Of a stretch of DNA of 64,000 nt, positions 19,408-28,707 are shown one piece after another. The first letter of the stretch is position 1, and each line of letters opens with the position of its first letter. The translations under genes and the position numbers were made by a program. The notes below the pieces were generated by a model. It had not been told where the DNA came from. It saw only the letters and a list, made by a program, of their open reading frames with translations, and did no database searches. The DNA is from an uncultured Bacteroidota bacterium (lineage in GTDB: Bacteria; Bacteroidota; Bacteroidia; Chitinophagales; LD1): positions 20,471-84,470 of the forward strand of contig CALAYL010000029.1 of the NCBI GenBank assembly GCA_937894725.1. Direction: 5' to 3'.

Positions 19408-20075
19408 GGGTTTATTTTGGCTAAAATCGTTTCTCCATCAATAACGGTTTGTCCTATTGTCACATTGGGTGTATATCCTTGTGGAAGAACAACCGTAATT
19501 TGCGATCCCAATTTTATCAAGCCAATTAAATCCCCTTTTTTCTTTTGTTCTACAGGCTTTACAAAATCAACAATTCTTCGAGCTAAGAAACCTGCAATCT
19601 GTACTACTTTTATTTTTTTCCCATTTGCATCTTCAATCAATATTTCATTATGCTCATTTTCAAAACGAATGCCTAAATCATTGCTCATAAGAATGGCGTT
19701 ATTAAAACTTCCATCTGTGTGTTTGTGACTAAGTATTTTTCCATCTACTGGCATTCGCTGATAGTGTACGTGGGTTGGATTCATTTGGATAGAAACAATA
19801 TAGCCTGCTGTATCCACATCATTTGTCCACAAGTGGATAACTCCAAATTTTTCTTTCGTTACATTTATCCATTCTTGGTTAAACTGCGTGATACTCACAA
19901 TCTCTCCATTCGCAGGACTCACCATGGCGGTAGGGTCTAGCACAATAACACGCTCAGGACATCGCAAAAACCAAAAACGATAAAACAGTGCAAACACTAT
20001 GACAAATACGGCAAGGGCTGCTGCCAAGTATTTTAGGGGTGTTTTTATTTTTTTCATAGGGCAAATGTAATGCAC
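19404..20075 (-). CDS. psd: Phosphatidylserine decarboxylase family proenzyme (short type)
   Basis: The 223-aa ORF has an N-terminal TM helix. The C-terminal IKLGSQITVVLP matches the LGS(T/S)-type self-cleavage site context. It overlaps the downstream hydrolase gene by 4 nt. Confidence 0.75.
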   Translation of the reverse strand: MHYICPMKKIKTPLKYLAAALAVFVIVFALFYRFWFLRCPERVIVLDPTAMVSPANGEIVSITQFNQEWINVTKEKFGVIHLWTNDVDTAGYIVSIQMNPTHVHYQRMPVDGKILSHKHTDGSFNNAILMSNDLGIRFENEHNEILIEDANGKKIKVVQIAGFLARRIVDFVKPVEQKKKGDLIGLIKLGSQITVVLPQGYTPNVTIGQTVIDGETILAKINP

Positions 20076-20109
20076 CTAATGGAAATCTGTCTTTTGTTTT
20101 GCTTTTTTA

Positions 20110-20509
20110 TTATTCCACATAGCTAATTAATAATAACTAAGATTAAAATAAATAGGAATTTAAATACAGTTATTAAGGCTGTGGATTTCGTGATATTTAT
20201 TTTTTTCTTCTATTCTTTTTTCGGTTATCCCCCACCTGTCCACAGCTGTCCACATTTTTGTTAGTCCTTATAAGTTTCAATTTTACGAGTGTTTTTAAGA
20301 TTATTCCACATGTCTCTTTTTTATAATTAACACGGGTAGCTTGATAATTTCATATCCACATTCTCTTTTGCTCGTTGTGTACATTGTCCTTCTTACAAAC
20401 ATGTAAAAAAGCCGATTTTATGACTGTCATTTTTTATTAAAAATCAATTTTTGTTGTAGCTTATGTTTCCACATCTTTTTGATTGTTTCCACATAGCACT
20501 TGTGGATAG
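20110..20509. promoter_or_regulatory. Cluster of nine DnaA-box-like 9-mers in an AT-rich gene-free spacer (candidate oriC or DnaA-titrating/regulated region)
   Basis: The sites are as follows: TTATTCCACA at 20110-20119 and 20301-20310; AAATCCACA (minus strand) at 20180-20188; CTGTCCACA at 20236-20244 and 20246-20254; ATATCCACA at 20352-20360; GTTTCCACA at 20465-20473 and 20485-20493; and CTATCCACA (minus strand) at 20501-20509. The consensus used is TTATCCACA. Confidence 0.45.
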
Positions 20510-20513
20510 CACT

Positions 20514-21086
20514 TTATCGATAGAGATTATAGTCTTCAATGTATTTCCATACTTTTTCTGGAAGTAGATACTTAGCCGATTTTTTTGCTTTTATAAGTGT
20601 TCTTATAAATGTGGCAGATATATCTAGGTATGGAAAATCTAATACTTTTATTTTTTCTTGATTATATTCTACTTGAGTTTTCATGTCTCTTTTATATACA
20701 TATATAGGGTAGTCTCTTTTTATAATATCTCCGTTTTTCCAATTATCTATTTGGGCTATATTATCTTCACCCATTATAATAGAGAAATTATGCTGCGGAT
20801 ATTTTTCTTTTAGATAAAGCAATGTATCTATAGTATAGGATGGCTTTGGCATTCTAAATTCAATATCAGTAGCTCTAAAATTGGGATTATCTTCAATGGC
20901 TAATTGTACAAGATATAGTCTATCCTGTTCTTTTAACAAGCTTCCTTTTTTCTTAAATGGATTTTGTGGAGATACCACAAACCAAATTTGATCTAGCGTG
21001 GTATTTTCTAGTGTTAGGTTGGCTATTATCAAATGTCCATGATGAATAGGATTAAATGAACCAAAGAATAATCCGATTTTCATCAA
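20514..21086 (-). CDS. nadD: Nicotinate-nucleotide adenylyltransferase
   Basis: The 190-aa ORF carries GLFFGSFNPIHHGH (the HxGH nucleotidyltransferase motif) and ISATFIR near the C-terminus. Confidence 0.9.
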   Translation of the reverse strand: MMKIGLFFGSFNPIHHGHLIIANLTLENTTLDQIWFVVSPQNPFKKKGSLLKEQDRLYLVQLAIEDNPNFRATDIEFRMPKPSYTIDTLLYLKEKYPQHNFSIIMGEDNIAQIDNWKNGDIIKRDYPIYVYKRDMKTQVEYNQEKIKVLDFPYLDISATFIRTLIKAKKSAKYLLPEKVWKYIEDYNLYR

Positions 21087-22102
21087 TAATATTTTTTGTA
21101 TTTGAAATAGATGAGTAAAGATAATGCTATAGTCACCATCAATAACAAAACAACATAATATCCATTTTGTAATTGAAGTTCTGGCATATGCTGAAAATTC
21201 ATTCCATACAAACTGGCTATAAAAGATAAGGGTATAAAAATAGAAGACATGATAGTAAGTGTTTTCATCACTTCATTCATTTTGTTGTTTACAGAAGAAT
21301 GAAAGAGTTCGATCAAGCTCGATACTGTTTCGCGATGTGTATCTACATGGTCTATCACTCTCAATATATGATCATTTAAATCTCGTAGATATAGTTTGTT
21401 TTGTTTTTCAAAATAGGGAACATCAAGCCGCAATAAGGTTTGAATAATGTCATTTACTGGTGCTATTCCTTTACGCGTTTGAAGGAGATGTTTTCGCCAT
21501 CTGATGAGCCTTGTCAAATGCGCTTTGATAGGATTTTTATTTAGCTCATCTTCTATTTGTAGAAGGTGTTTATCTATTTTGTCTTCTACTATAAAGTAGG
21601 CGTCTATTATAGTATCAAGAAGTGCATAAAACAAATAGTCTTCTCCTTTTGAACGCAATATGTTTCCAGTGCTTTTTAGTTTATCTATGGTAGTATTAAA
21701 TATAGGATAATCATCTTCTTCAAATGAAATCACGATATTTTCTTTTATATAAAAACTTACTTGTTGTGAAGTTAACTGCTTTTTCACGTAGAACATTTTG
21801 ACTACGACCAAAACATCTTTTTCATACTCATCAAGTTTTGGCCGTTGTTTTGTATGGATTATATCTTCTTCAGCTAATGCATGGATACCAAACTTTTCGC
21901 ACACTCTTCCTATAAATGCGGTGTCTTTCAATCCTACTATTTTCAGCCAGTATCTATTTTCTCTTGAAGATATATCTATGGCATTTATATTTTCTGTTAC
22001 TTCTTTTTTTTCAAATACATCCTTGTTGTAACTATAAAGTATAGCTGTTGTTTTGACTTGATAGTCTAATGCAGGATTGTATATGTTTTTTTCTTCTATC
22101 AC
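21083..22102 (-). CDS. corA: Magnesium/cobalt transporter CorA
   Basis: The 339-aa ORF has the YGMNF signature followed by two C-terminal TM helices. It overlaps nadD by 4 nt. Confidence 0.9.
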   Translation of the reverse strand: MIEEKNIYNPALDYQVKTTAILYSYNKDVFEKKEVTENINAIDISSRENRYWLKIVGLKDTAFIGRVCEKFGIHALAEEDIIHTKQRPKLDEYEKDVLVVVKMFYVKKQLTSQQVSFYIKENIVISFEEDDYPIFNTTIDKLKSTGNILRSKGEDYLFYALLDTIIDAYFIVEDKIDKHLLQIEDELNKNPIKAHLTRLIRWRKHLLQTRKGIAPVNDIIQTLLRLDVPYFEKQNKLYLRDLNDHILRVIDHVDTHRETVSSLIELFHSSVNNKMNEVMKTLTIMSSIFIPLSFIASLYGMNFQHMPELQLQNGYYVVLLLMVTIALSLLIYFKYKKYY

Positions 22103-22143
22103 GCTGAGATAAAAGTAATAAGTTTAAGGCAGAAAAAAGAAGC

Positions 22144-22941
22144 ATGTTAGAAATCACCAACTCAAGAAATCAACGCATCAAAGATGTATCAAAACTAGAT
22201 AAGGCGAGTTACCGAAAGGAAACAGGGTTATTTGTAGTAGAAGGTTTGAGGGAAAATATATTGGCACAAAGGGCAGGGTATAGTTTCAAAGAAATATTTA
22301 TTTGCAATGAACTCCTCAAGGAAGATGAAACCTACAACCTAGACATACTGCTCGATGTGGTATTGAAATGTGGTATCACTGTACCCAAATATGTGTATGA
22401 AGCCATGGCTTATCGAGAAAGTACCGAAGGGGTGATAGGTGTTTTGTATCAAAAAGAAATGACATTGGGTAATCTAAAAGAAATAGAAAATCCTCTTTAC
22501 CTAATTATCGAGGGAGTAGAAAAGCCAGGTAATCTTGGCGCTATGCTTCGCACAGCAGATGCAGTAGGTGTAGATGGCGTTATTTTGTGTGATATGAAAA
22601 CAGACATTTATAATCCGAATGTAATCCGTTCAAGTATTGGCACCGTTTTTTCCAACGAAATAGTGATAGATTCCACGGGGAACGTGCTATCCTTTTTAAA
22701 AAATAATAACATCTGTGCTTTTGCTGCACATCTTGAAGCTAGCTCATCTTATTTTGATTTTGATTTTAAAATGCCAACGGCTATAGTAGTAGGAGCGGAG
22801 TCCACAGGACTTTCTGAAATATGGAATGACGCAGCTGTAGAAAAATTAAAAATACCCATGCGAGGAGAAATCGATTCGCTTAATGTTTCTGTAGCAGCAG
22901 CGTTGCTTTTGTATGAATCGCTCAGGCAGAGGACAAAATAG
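22144..22941 (+). CDS. SpoU/TrmH-family RNA 2'-O-methyltransferase
   Basis: The 265-aa ORF carries the motifs NLGAMLRTADAVG, VVGAESTGLS and IPMRGEIDSLNVSVAAALLLYE. Confidence 0.85.
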   Translation: MLEITNSRNQRIKDVSKLDKASYRKETGLFVVEGLRENILAQRAGYSFKEIFICNELLKEDETYNLDILLDVVLKCGITVPKYVYEAMAYRESTEGVIGVLYQKEMTLGNLKEIENPLYLIIEGVEKPGNLGAMLRTADAVGVDGVILCDMKTDIYNPNVIRSSIGTVFSNEIVIDSTGNVLSFLKNNNICAFAAHLEASSSYFDFDFKMPTAIVVGAESTGLSEIWNDAAVEKLKIPMRGEIDSLNVSVAAALLLYESLRQRTK

Positions 22942-22976
22942 GGATTAGCCAATTTATTCTTTATCTTTAGTTTACC

Positions 22977-23678
22977 ATGTGGAGGCTATTGATGATATTG
23001 TTTCTTTTTCATCCGATTGAAAAAAAGGAGATACTTAGCAATAAGGGAAATGATATTTTCTTACCACTCAAAGGGCGTAAAGAAGTCACGCTTACCCCAC
23101 TACCGGATACCCTTTTCGCCTCTAATGAGTACAAGCTCATTTTTGAATTAGATCCAAAATATGTGTTTTCGGATTTATATTTTGATAGAGGTGTGGCTAC
23201 TCGTACAGACAATATAATCACGATCAGACCTCGTACAAATACTACTACTACAGATACCGCAACACTTCGTATTATTTGTTATGCAAATGGTAAACGGATT
23301 CTGCTTTTTCACCCATTTGTCGTTATTCCTCTTGCAAAAGTTTATCCCCGATTGCCCAAAAAGCAAGCATTCATTTTGCTTAACAATAATGTACTGGAAC
23401 GCAATTTTAGTTATAAAAAGGAGCTTTTCCTTTCAAACGCATTTATAGAGTATTATGAAGATGGGCTTGAAGATTCGGTAGAAATAGTGGGTCTCACCCT
23501 TTCGCTTACCAATGCAGATTTTCAGAAATACATGTTTAACCCCAAAGGCGTAATGACTAAAGAAATGCTGCAAGAGATAAAAGGATTGAAAGCAGATGTG
23601 CTCACCTATATAAGACTAGATGTAAAAGTAGGGAAGACAAGAAAATCTATTTGGACAAGGTTTAAAATGAAAGTTTAG
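22977..23678 (+). CDS. Hypothetical protein
   Basis: The 233-aa ORF has a hydrophobic N-terminus. I recognise no motif. Confidence 0.5.
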   Translation: MWRLLMILFLFHPIEKKEILSNKGNDIFLPLKGRKEVTLTPLPDTLFASNEYKLIFELDPKYVFSDLYFDRGVATRTDNIITIRPRTNTTTTDTATLRIICYANGKRILLFHPFVVIPLAKVYPRLPKKQAFILLNNNVLERNFSYKKELFLSNAFIEYYEDGLEDSVEIVGLTLSLTNADFQKYMFNPKGVMTKEMLQEIKGLKADVLTYIRLDVKVGKTRKSIWTRFKMKV

Positions 23679-23680
23679 GT

Positions 23681-24256
23681 CTAGTTAGCCAATACATAAA
23701 TGTCTTTTAGGTTTCGACCGAGTCCGTTGTAGTCTAGCCCATAGCCTACTATAAAGTCGTTTGGTATTTCAAATCCTATATAATCAATTTTAAAATCTGC
23801 TTTGAAAGCAGCCGGTTTAAAAAGCAGCGAGGCGATTTTTATTGATCGTGGATTCTTTTCAGCAATCATGGGTAGCAAACCACTTAGTGAATGACCACTA
23901 TCTACAATGTCTTCGATGATGATAAGCTCTCTATCTGTGAGCATATCGCTCGGCCCGAGCGATACATGAAGTTGCTGAGAACTCTTTGTGCCTACATACG
24001 AAGTGGCTTTTATAAACGTGATTTCACAGTCTATATTCATTTCCCGAATCAGGTCTGCTGCAAACAAAAAGGAACCATTTAATATAGCCAAGAACAAAGG
24101 TTTTTTTCCCTCATAATCTTTGTTGAGCTGTTCGCTTATGGCCATTACTCTTGTCCTGATTTTGTTGTCAGAGAGATAGGGTTTAAATTCTAAATCGTCT
24201 AGTTTGATGAGCTGTTGTGCATTTTCCATGTGGAACATTTGCACACAAAATAACAA
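23681..24256 (-). CDS. hpt: Hypoxanthine phosphoribosyltransferase
   Basis: The PRPP-binding motif is LIIIEDIVDSGHSL. The true start is probably an internal Met (MFHMEN at 24238 or MEN at 24229) rather than 24256. Confidence 0.85.
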   Translation of the reverse strand: MLFCVQMFHMENAQQLIKLDDLEFKPYLSDNKIRTRVMAISEQLNKDYEGKKPLFLAILNGSFLFAADLIREMNIDCEITFIKATSYVGTKSSQQLHVSLGPSDMLTDRELIIIEDIVDSGHSLSGLLPMIAEKNPRSIKIASLLFKPAAFKADFKIDYIGFEIPNDFIVGYGLDYNGLGRNLKDIYVLAN

Positions 24257-24262
24257 AGAATT

Positions 24263-24904
24263 TTATTTCACCTTGTCTTTGAATAGTTTTTCAAACTTAT
24301 CTACCTTTTCTTTCACTACAAATCGGCAGAATGACTGATCGCTATTTTGGTTATAATAGTTTTGATGACTCTCTTCTGCTTTGTAAAAGTTTTTGATAGC
24401 ACTTACTTCTGTAACGATAGGTTCACTAAAGACTTTCTCATTTATCAGCTTTTCGATGGCCTCTGCTATTATTTTAAACTGTTTTTCGTTTTGATAATAT
24501 ATGGCTGAACGATACTGAGTACCTTCATCTGCCCCTTGTCTATTGAGCGAGGTAGGGTCATGTACTACAAAAAATACAGCCAAGATATTTTCTAGCGAGG
24601 TTTTGTTTTTATCAAAAGTCACACGCACCACTTCTGCATGGCCTGTGCTACCGGTACAAACTTCTCTATAAGCAGGGTTTTTCACATTACCTCCGCTATA
24701 TCCAGACTCCACTTTTTCTACTCCTTTCATACGTTGAAATACGGCTTCCATACACCAAAAGCAACCTCCTCCAAGTGTTATCGTATCTAGGTTTTGTGCG
24801 GTTTTGTCTTCCATTTGCTGTGTTTGTTTATTTTTATTTTTTGATTGTGACGAATAGCCACAACTTGTGAGACTCAGTAATATCAAGGCATATATCATTT
24901 TCAT
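24263..24904 (-). CDS. msrA: Peptide-methionine (S)-S-oxide reductase with lipoprotein signal
   Basis: The 213-aa ORF has the active-site context GGGCFWCMEAVF and an N-terminal LSLTSCGY lipobox. Confidence 0.9.
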   Translation of the reverse strand: MKMIYALILLSLTSCGYSSQSKNKNKQTQQMEDKTAQNLDTITLGGGCFWCMEAVFQRMKGVEKVESGYSGGNVKNPAYREVCTGSTGHAEVVRVTFDKNKTSLENILAVFFVVHDPTSLNRQGADEGTQYRSAIYYQNEKQFKIIAEAIEKLINEKVFSEPIVTEVSAIKNFYKAEESHQNYYNQNSDQSFCRFVVKEKVDKFEKLFKDKVK

Positions 24905-25978
24905 CTATTTTACTTTTAAGCGTTGTCCAATATCCAATCCCGAATTGTCAAGATTGTTTAGGCTACGCAGTTGAGATATGTCTAAGTTATACTTTGCTGC
25001 TATTCCATAGAGCGTGTCCCCTTTTGTTACGGTATGATAAGCTGTGCTGTTTTTTGATGTTTCGTTGGTTTGCTTTAGACGAACTTTTTGATTTGCATTT
25101 ATCACATCTTTTTTATCCGCATCGTTGTATCTTAATAGGGCTGAGAGCTGTAAGCCAAATCGCTGTGCTACATCTCTGTATGTTGTTTCTGTACTTGGGA
25201 AAAATTCTGGATACTCACAAGTTGTTTTTTTGGGAGTTAAATAAACAGTTTCTCCCTTTTTAAAAGAATAGCGAGTATCTACATCGTTGAATAGGTATAG
25301 TTGAGCAACACTTATATTTTCGCATTTACACAAATCCTCAATCGGTATATCGCCATTATATATCACCGTTATGCAGTTATTGATAAATATTTTTTGGCCA
25401 CAGTTGTTGGTTATATCTATACTACTTGGGTTTTCTAATCCAGCTATATCTGTTTCTTTGGTTTGAGGATTGGTCGAATCTACATCAAATTGATGGAGTT
25501 GATATCTATCAATCAATCCTATTAGCACTTCTGCATATTTGGGGTTGGTGGCGTAGCCAGCTTTTTTCAATCCGATAGACCATCCTTTATAATCTGTTTT
25601 ATCTAGCGAAAATAACGGTTTGTACCAAGCTCGTCCTAGGAGAAATTGGGAGTGATCTTTAAACGATTCGTTTGGGTCATTATACACCCTAAAGCATTCC
25701 TTTGGGGCATCATCATCGTGCTTATATCCTGGACCTTCCCAGTCTTTATGACACTTAATCCCAAAATGATTATTTGAGTTGAGGGCTAGTTTTGATGTAC
25801 CTGCCGCAGATTCGTGAATGCCCTGTGCTAGTGTGATGCTTGCAGGAATGCCAAATTTATTCATTTCATCTATGGCTATATCTTTATATTGATTGATATA
25901 CATCTCAATTTGTGTATTGTTTTGTGCAAACAAAAAGTGAGGAATGGCGATGAGGGTAATGATAAAAGTGCGTAGCAT
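24905..25978 (-). CDS. Glucosaminidase (FlgJ/LytD-like muramidase domain) protein with C-terminal LysM repeats
   Basis: The 357-aa ORF carries GIPASITLAQGIHESAAGTSKLA...NNHFGIKC (glucosaminidase domain). LysM-like segments are YRDVAQRFGL and YHTVTKGDTLYGIAAKYNLDISQLRSLNNL. Confidence 0.8.
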   Translation of the reverse strand: MLRTFIITLIAIPHFLFAQNNTQIEMYINQYKDIAIDEMNKFGIPASITLAQGIHESAAGTSKLALNSNNHFGIKCHKDWEGPGYKHDDDAPKECFRVYNDPNESFKDHSQFLLGRAWYKPLFSLDKTDYKGWSIGLKKAGYATNPKYAEVLIGLIDRYQLHQFDVDSTNPQTKETDIAGLENPSSIDITNNCGQKIFINNCITVIYNGDIPIEDLCKCENISVAQLYLFNDVDTRYSFKKGETVYLTPKKTTCEYPEFFPSTETTYRDVAQRFGLQLSALLRYNDADKKDVINANQKVRLKQTNETSKNSTAYHTVTKGDTLYGIAAKYNLDISQLRSLNNLDNSGLDIGQRLKVK

Positions 25979-25980
25979 GA

Positions 25981-26610
25981 CTATTTTTTTATGGCCAAAG
26001 ATAAGCCATCTCTTATCGGTAATACAACTACATCGAAGTGGGGATGTTGATTAAGTTGTTTATTGAATAGGTCAATAGCAGTAGTGTCGCTATCTTTTTT
26101 TTCATCAAGAATTTTTCCGCTCCATAAGACATTGTCTGTAATTAGTAATCCCCCTTTGTTTATTTTGGGTGCCACCATTTCCAGATAATGTATGTAGTTT
26201 TTTTTGTCAGCATCAATAAATACCAAATCAAATTGTTCGTTGAGTTGTGGTACTATTTCCATTGCGTTTCCAATAATGTAGTCTGTTCCACGTAGCACAT
26301 TTGCTTTTTTAAAAAATGCCTTTACGTCCTCTTCTATTTCCCCGTTTTTGTCTATAGTTGTCATTTTGCCATTTTCTTGAATTCCTTGATATAGACAAAT
26401 ACCCGAATAGCCCGTAAATGTACCTATTTCAAGTATGTTTTTGGGTTTGATGAGTTTGCTTAAAAAGCTTAGTACTTGCCCTTGATATTTTCCGCTAAGC
26501 ATTTGGGGCATCTGCACTTTGAGGTGTGTGTAACGTGCTATTTCATCCAACACGGAGTTTACTTCCATAGAATGAGCTATGCAATAGCTTTCTATTTTTT
26601 CATATATCAT
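25981..26610 (-). CDS. Class I SAM-dependent O-methyltransferase (caffeoyl-CoA OMT-like)
   Basis: The 209-aa ORF has SAM motif I ILEIGTFTGYSG and the metal/SAM context DLVFIDADKKNY. Confidence 0.8.
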   Translation of the reverse strand: MIYEKIESYCIAHSMEVNSVLDEIARYTHLKVQMPQMLSGKYQGQVLSFLSKLIKPKNILEIGTFTGYSGICLYQGIQENGKMTTIDKNGEIEEDVKAFFKKANVLRGTDYIIGNAMEIVPQLNEQFDLVFIDADKKNYIHYLEMVAPKINKGGLLITDNVLWSGKILDEKKDSDTTAIDLFNKQLNQHPHFDVVVLPIRDGLSLAIKK

Positions 26611-27137
26611 ATTTCTTCATTTTCTTCTTTGTACCAACTGGCGTACAAGCTGTAGTTATTAGAAATTCTATCCAGTAAGTGGCTCGTATTTTTCTCATCT
26701 AAGTCTTTAATCTTTTTTGCTGGTATGCCTGCATAGATGGCATTGCTTTCTAATACAGAGTTTTCAGTTACTACGGCTCCTGCTCCTATTATAACATTCT
26801 TTTTCACTATTACATTGTCCATTACGATAGCGCCCATACCTATGAGCACATTGTCTTCGATGGTACAGCCGTGTACTATCGCTCGATGTCCTATAGAGAC
26901 TTTGTTGCCTATGTTGAGCGGAGAGAGTTGATAGGTCGCGTGTAGTACAGCTCCGTCTTGTATGTTTACCTTGTTGCCGATTTTGATATAATGTACATCA
27001 CCTCTTATCACCGCATTGAACCATACACTACAATCATCGCCCATGGTTACATCGCCAATAATGGTGGCATTTTCTGCAACAAAACAGTTAGCGCCTAGTA
27101 TCGGGCTTCGTCCTTTTATTGGAAGTATTATCGCCAT
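26607..27137 (-). CDS. Gamma-carbonic-anhydrase-like / hexapeptide-repeat (LbH) protein
   Basis: The 176-aa ORF has left-handed beta-helix hexapeptide periodicity (IGDVTMGDDCSVWFNAVIRGDV..IKIGNKVNIQDGAVLH). This is typical of the YrdA/PaaY family. Confidence 0.8.
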   Translation of the reverse strand: MAIILPIKGRSPILGANCFVAENATIIGDVTMGDDCSVWFNAVIRGDVHYIKIGNKVNIQDGAVLHATYQLSPLNIGNKVSIGHRAIVHGCTIEDNVLIGMGAIVMDNVIVKKNVIIGAGAVVTENSVLESNAIYAGIPAKKIKDLDEKNTSHLLDRISNNYSLYASWYKEENEEI

Positions 27138-28707
27138 TTTTAATTTCGTTTAATTTAATTTCTGCCTCTACATCCCAACCCCCTTTTATCTCGATATTCT
27201 CTTTCAATATTACCTTTTTATCAGGTTGCGTTTTTTGACTAAAATCTCCTCCATCCCAATAGCCATTTTTGTTAGCATCTATTACCCCTAAAATAGTGTA
27301 ATTACCTTTGGTTAATTGTTCAAAGGTATGTGTTGGATTAGTATTTGAAAGAAAAGCTCTTTCTATTACTTTTCTATCTGCATCTACTACCTCTAGTATC
27401 AAAAAGTATTCTTTGTCTTCTTTTTTTACTATCAAATTCCCATAGTCCGTTTCTTTGCCTGTTTGTATCCAAAACCCCCAACCTTTGTTGTGATTACCAA
27501 AAATATCTATTACTGCCGAATCTGTTATATCTATCCAATATCTACTCGTTTCATTTTTTGTAAATTGAAGTTTTGCTTGATTGTTTTTGATAACAATGTT
27601 TGCATCGGACAAGGCAATCGTTTTTGTCGAATCTTCTTTGATTAATATCTTCTTTGCTAGTATTTTTTTTATCGGATTATTTGCAGTTATTGATAATGTT
27701 GCTTTAGGACTAATTTTTGATTTTGTGTTGCTAGAAAGGTTAAATTCGTCCTTGCTTTCCACTACCTTTATTTTCTTAATTATGGAGGTATCGTTTAGTT
27801 TAAAAGTCATGGTCAAGCTATCTGAGGGCACTTTGAACCAATAAAAAACAGTATCCCTATTCTCATTTAGTACCGCAAATTCTACAATGGGTTTTGGCAA
27901 ACTGCTTATTTCTATATTTTGTAGAGATTTATTAAATGCTACAATGGCTTTTCGATCTGTTAGTTCTATTGAACTTATGCCCGTTTTTTTGTTATCAAAG
28001 AAAAGCGCTATGATGTTTTCTAAAGAGTCCTTAGTTGCTAGTTTAGTTGATTGAAAGCCTACTCTTTCATCTCCGAAATCATAGATTTTTGAGCCATTTT
28101 TATCGTCATAAGCGAGTACGGTATAAGTACCTGGTTTGAGATGTTTAAGCTGCCAAAACCCACTTTTGTCTGTTTTTGTATAATATATTGGCTTTGTTGA
28201 AAAATTGCTATCTGCCCATAATCCGACCACAATGTTTTCTACCCCATTCAAACTTTCTGCATCTACCACCCTTCCTATTATTTTATCTTGATCTATACTA
28301 TCTCCTGTGCTAAATGTGTAAGATAGATTTTCAAATACGTTTTTTTCTGTCACGTCTTTTATGGCTTTTCCAAAATGTATGGTATATGTGGTGTTTTCTG
28401 CTAAACTATCTTTAAACTTTATAGTTACGGTTTTGCCTATTGCATCTAAAGATGGTTGTTTTTTTAGCTCTGGAGTTATAAATATTTCAGCCATGTTTAT
28501 CGGACTTACGATCAATTCGTCAAATTTCAGCTTTATGGTGTTTCCTTTAAACCTCGCTTGCTCGTTTTTGGGTAAACTTTCTATCAATGTTGGGGGTGTA
28601 GTATCTCTTGTGCCACCTGTAGGTGCCATTTCATTGGCACAGTTTTGTAAGCAGACGATAGAGCAAAATATCACAGCGATTTTACTATATGTAATTAGCA
28701 CCCTCAT
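27088..28707 (-). CDS. Ig-like (SbsA/Big_5-type) domain lipoprotein
   Basis: The 539-aa ORF has the signal/lipobox VCLQNCAN. TTPPTLIESLPKNEQARFKGNTIKLKFDE is typical of SbsA-Ig N-terminal domains. Its 3' end overlaps the next gene by 50 nt. Confidence 0.7.
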   Translation of the reverse strand: MRVLITYSKIAVIFCSIVCLQNCANEMAPTGGTRDTTPPTLIESLPKNEQARFKGNTIKLKFDELIVSPINMAEIFITPELKKQPSLDAIGKTVTIKFKDSLAENTTYTIHFGKAIKDVTEKNVFENLSYTFSTGDSIDQDKIIGRVVDAESLNGVENIVVGLWADSNFSTKPIYYTKTDKSGFWQLKHLKPGTYTVLAYDDKNGSKIYDFGDERVGFQSTKLATKDSLENIIALFFDNKKTGISSIELTDRKAIVAFNKSLQNIEISSLPKPIVEFAVLNENRDTVFYWFKVPSDSLTMTFKLNDTSIIKKIKVVESKDEFNLSSNTKSKISPKATLSITANNPIKKILAKKILIKEDSTKTIALSDANIVIKNNQAKLQFTKNETSRYWIDITDSAVIDIFGNHNKGWGFWIQTGKETDYGNLIVKKEDKEYFLILEVVDADRKVIERAFLSNTNPTHTFEQLTKGNYTILGVIDANKNGYWDGGDFSQKTQPDKKVILKENIEIKGGWDVEAEIKLNEIKNGDNTSNKRTKPDTRR

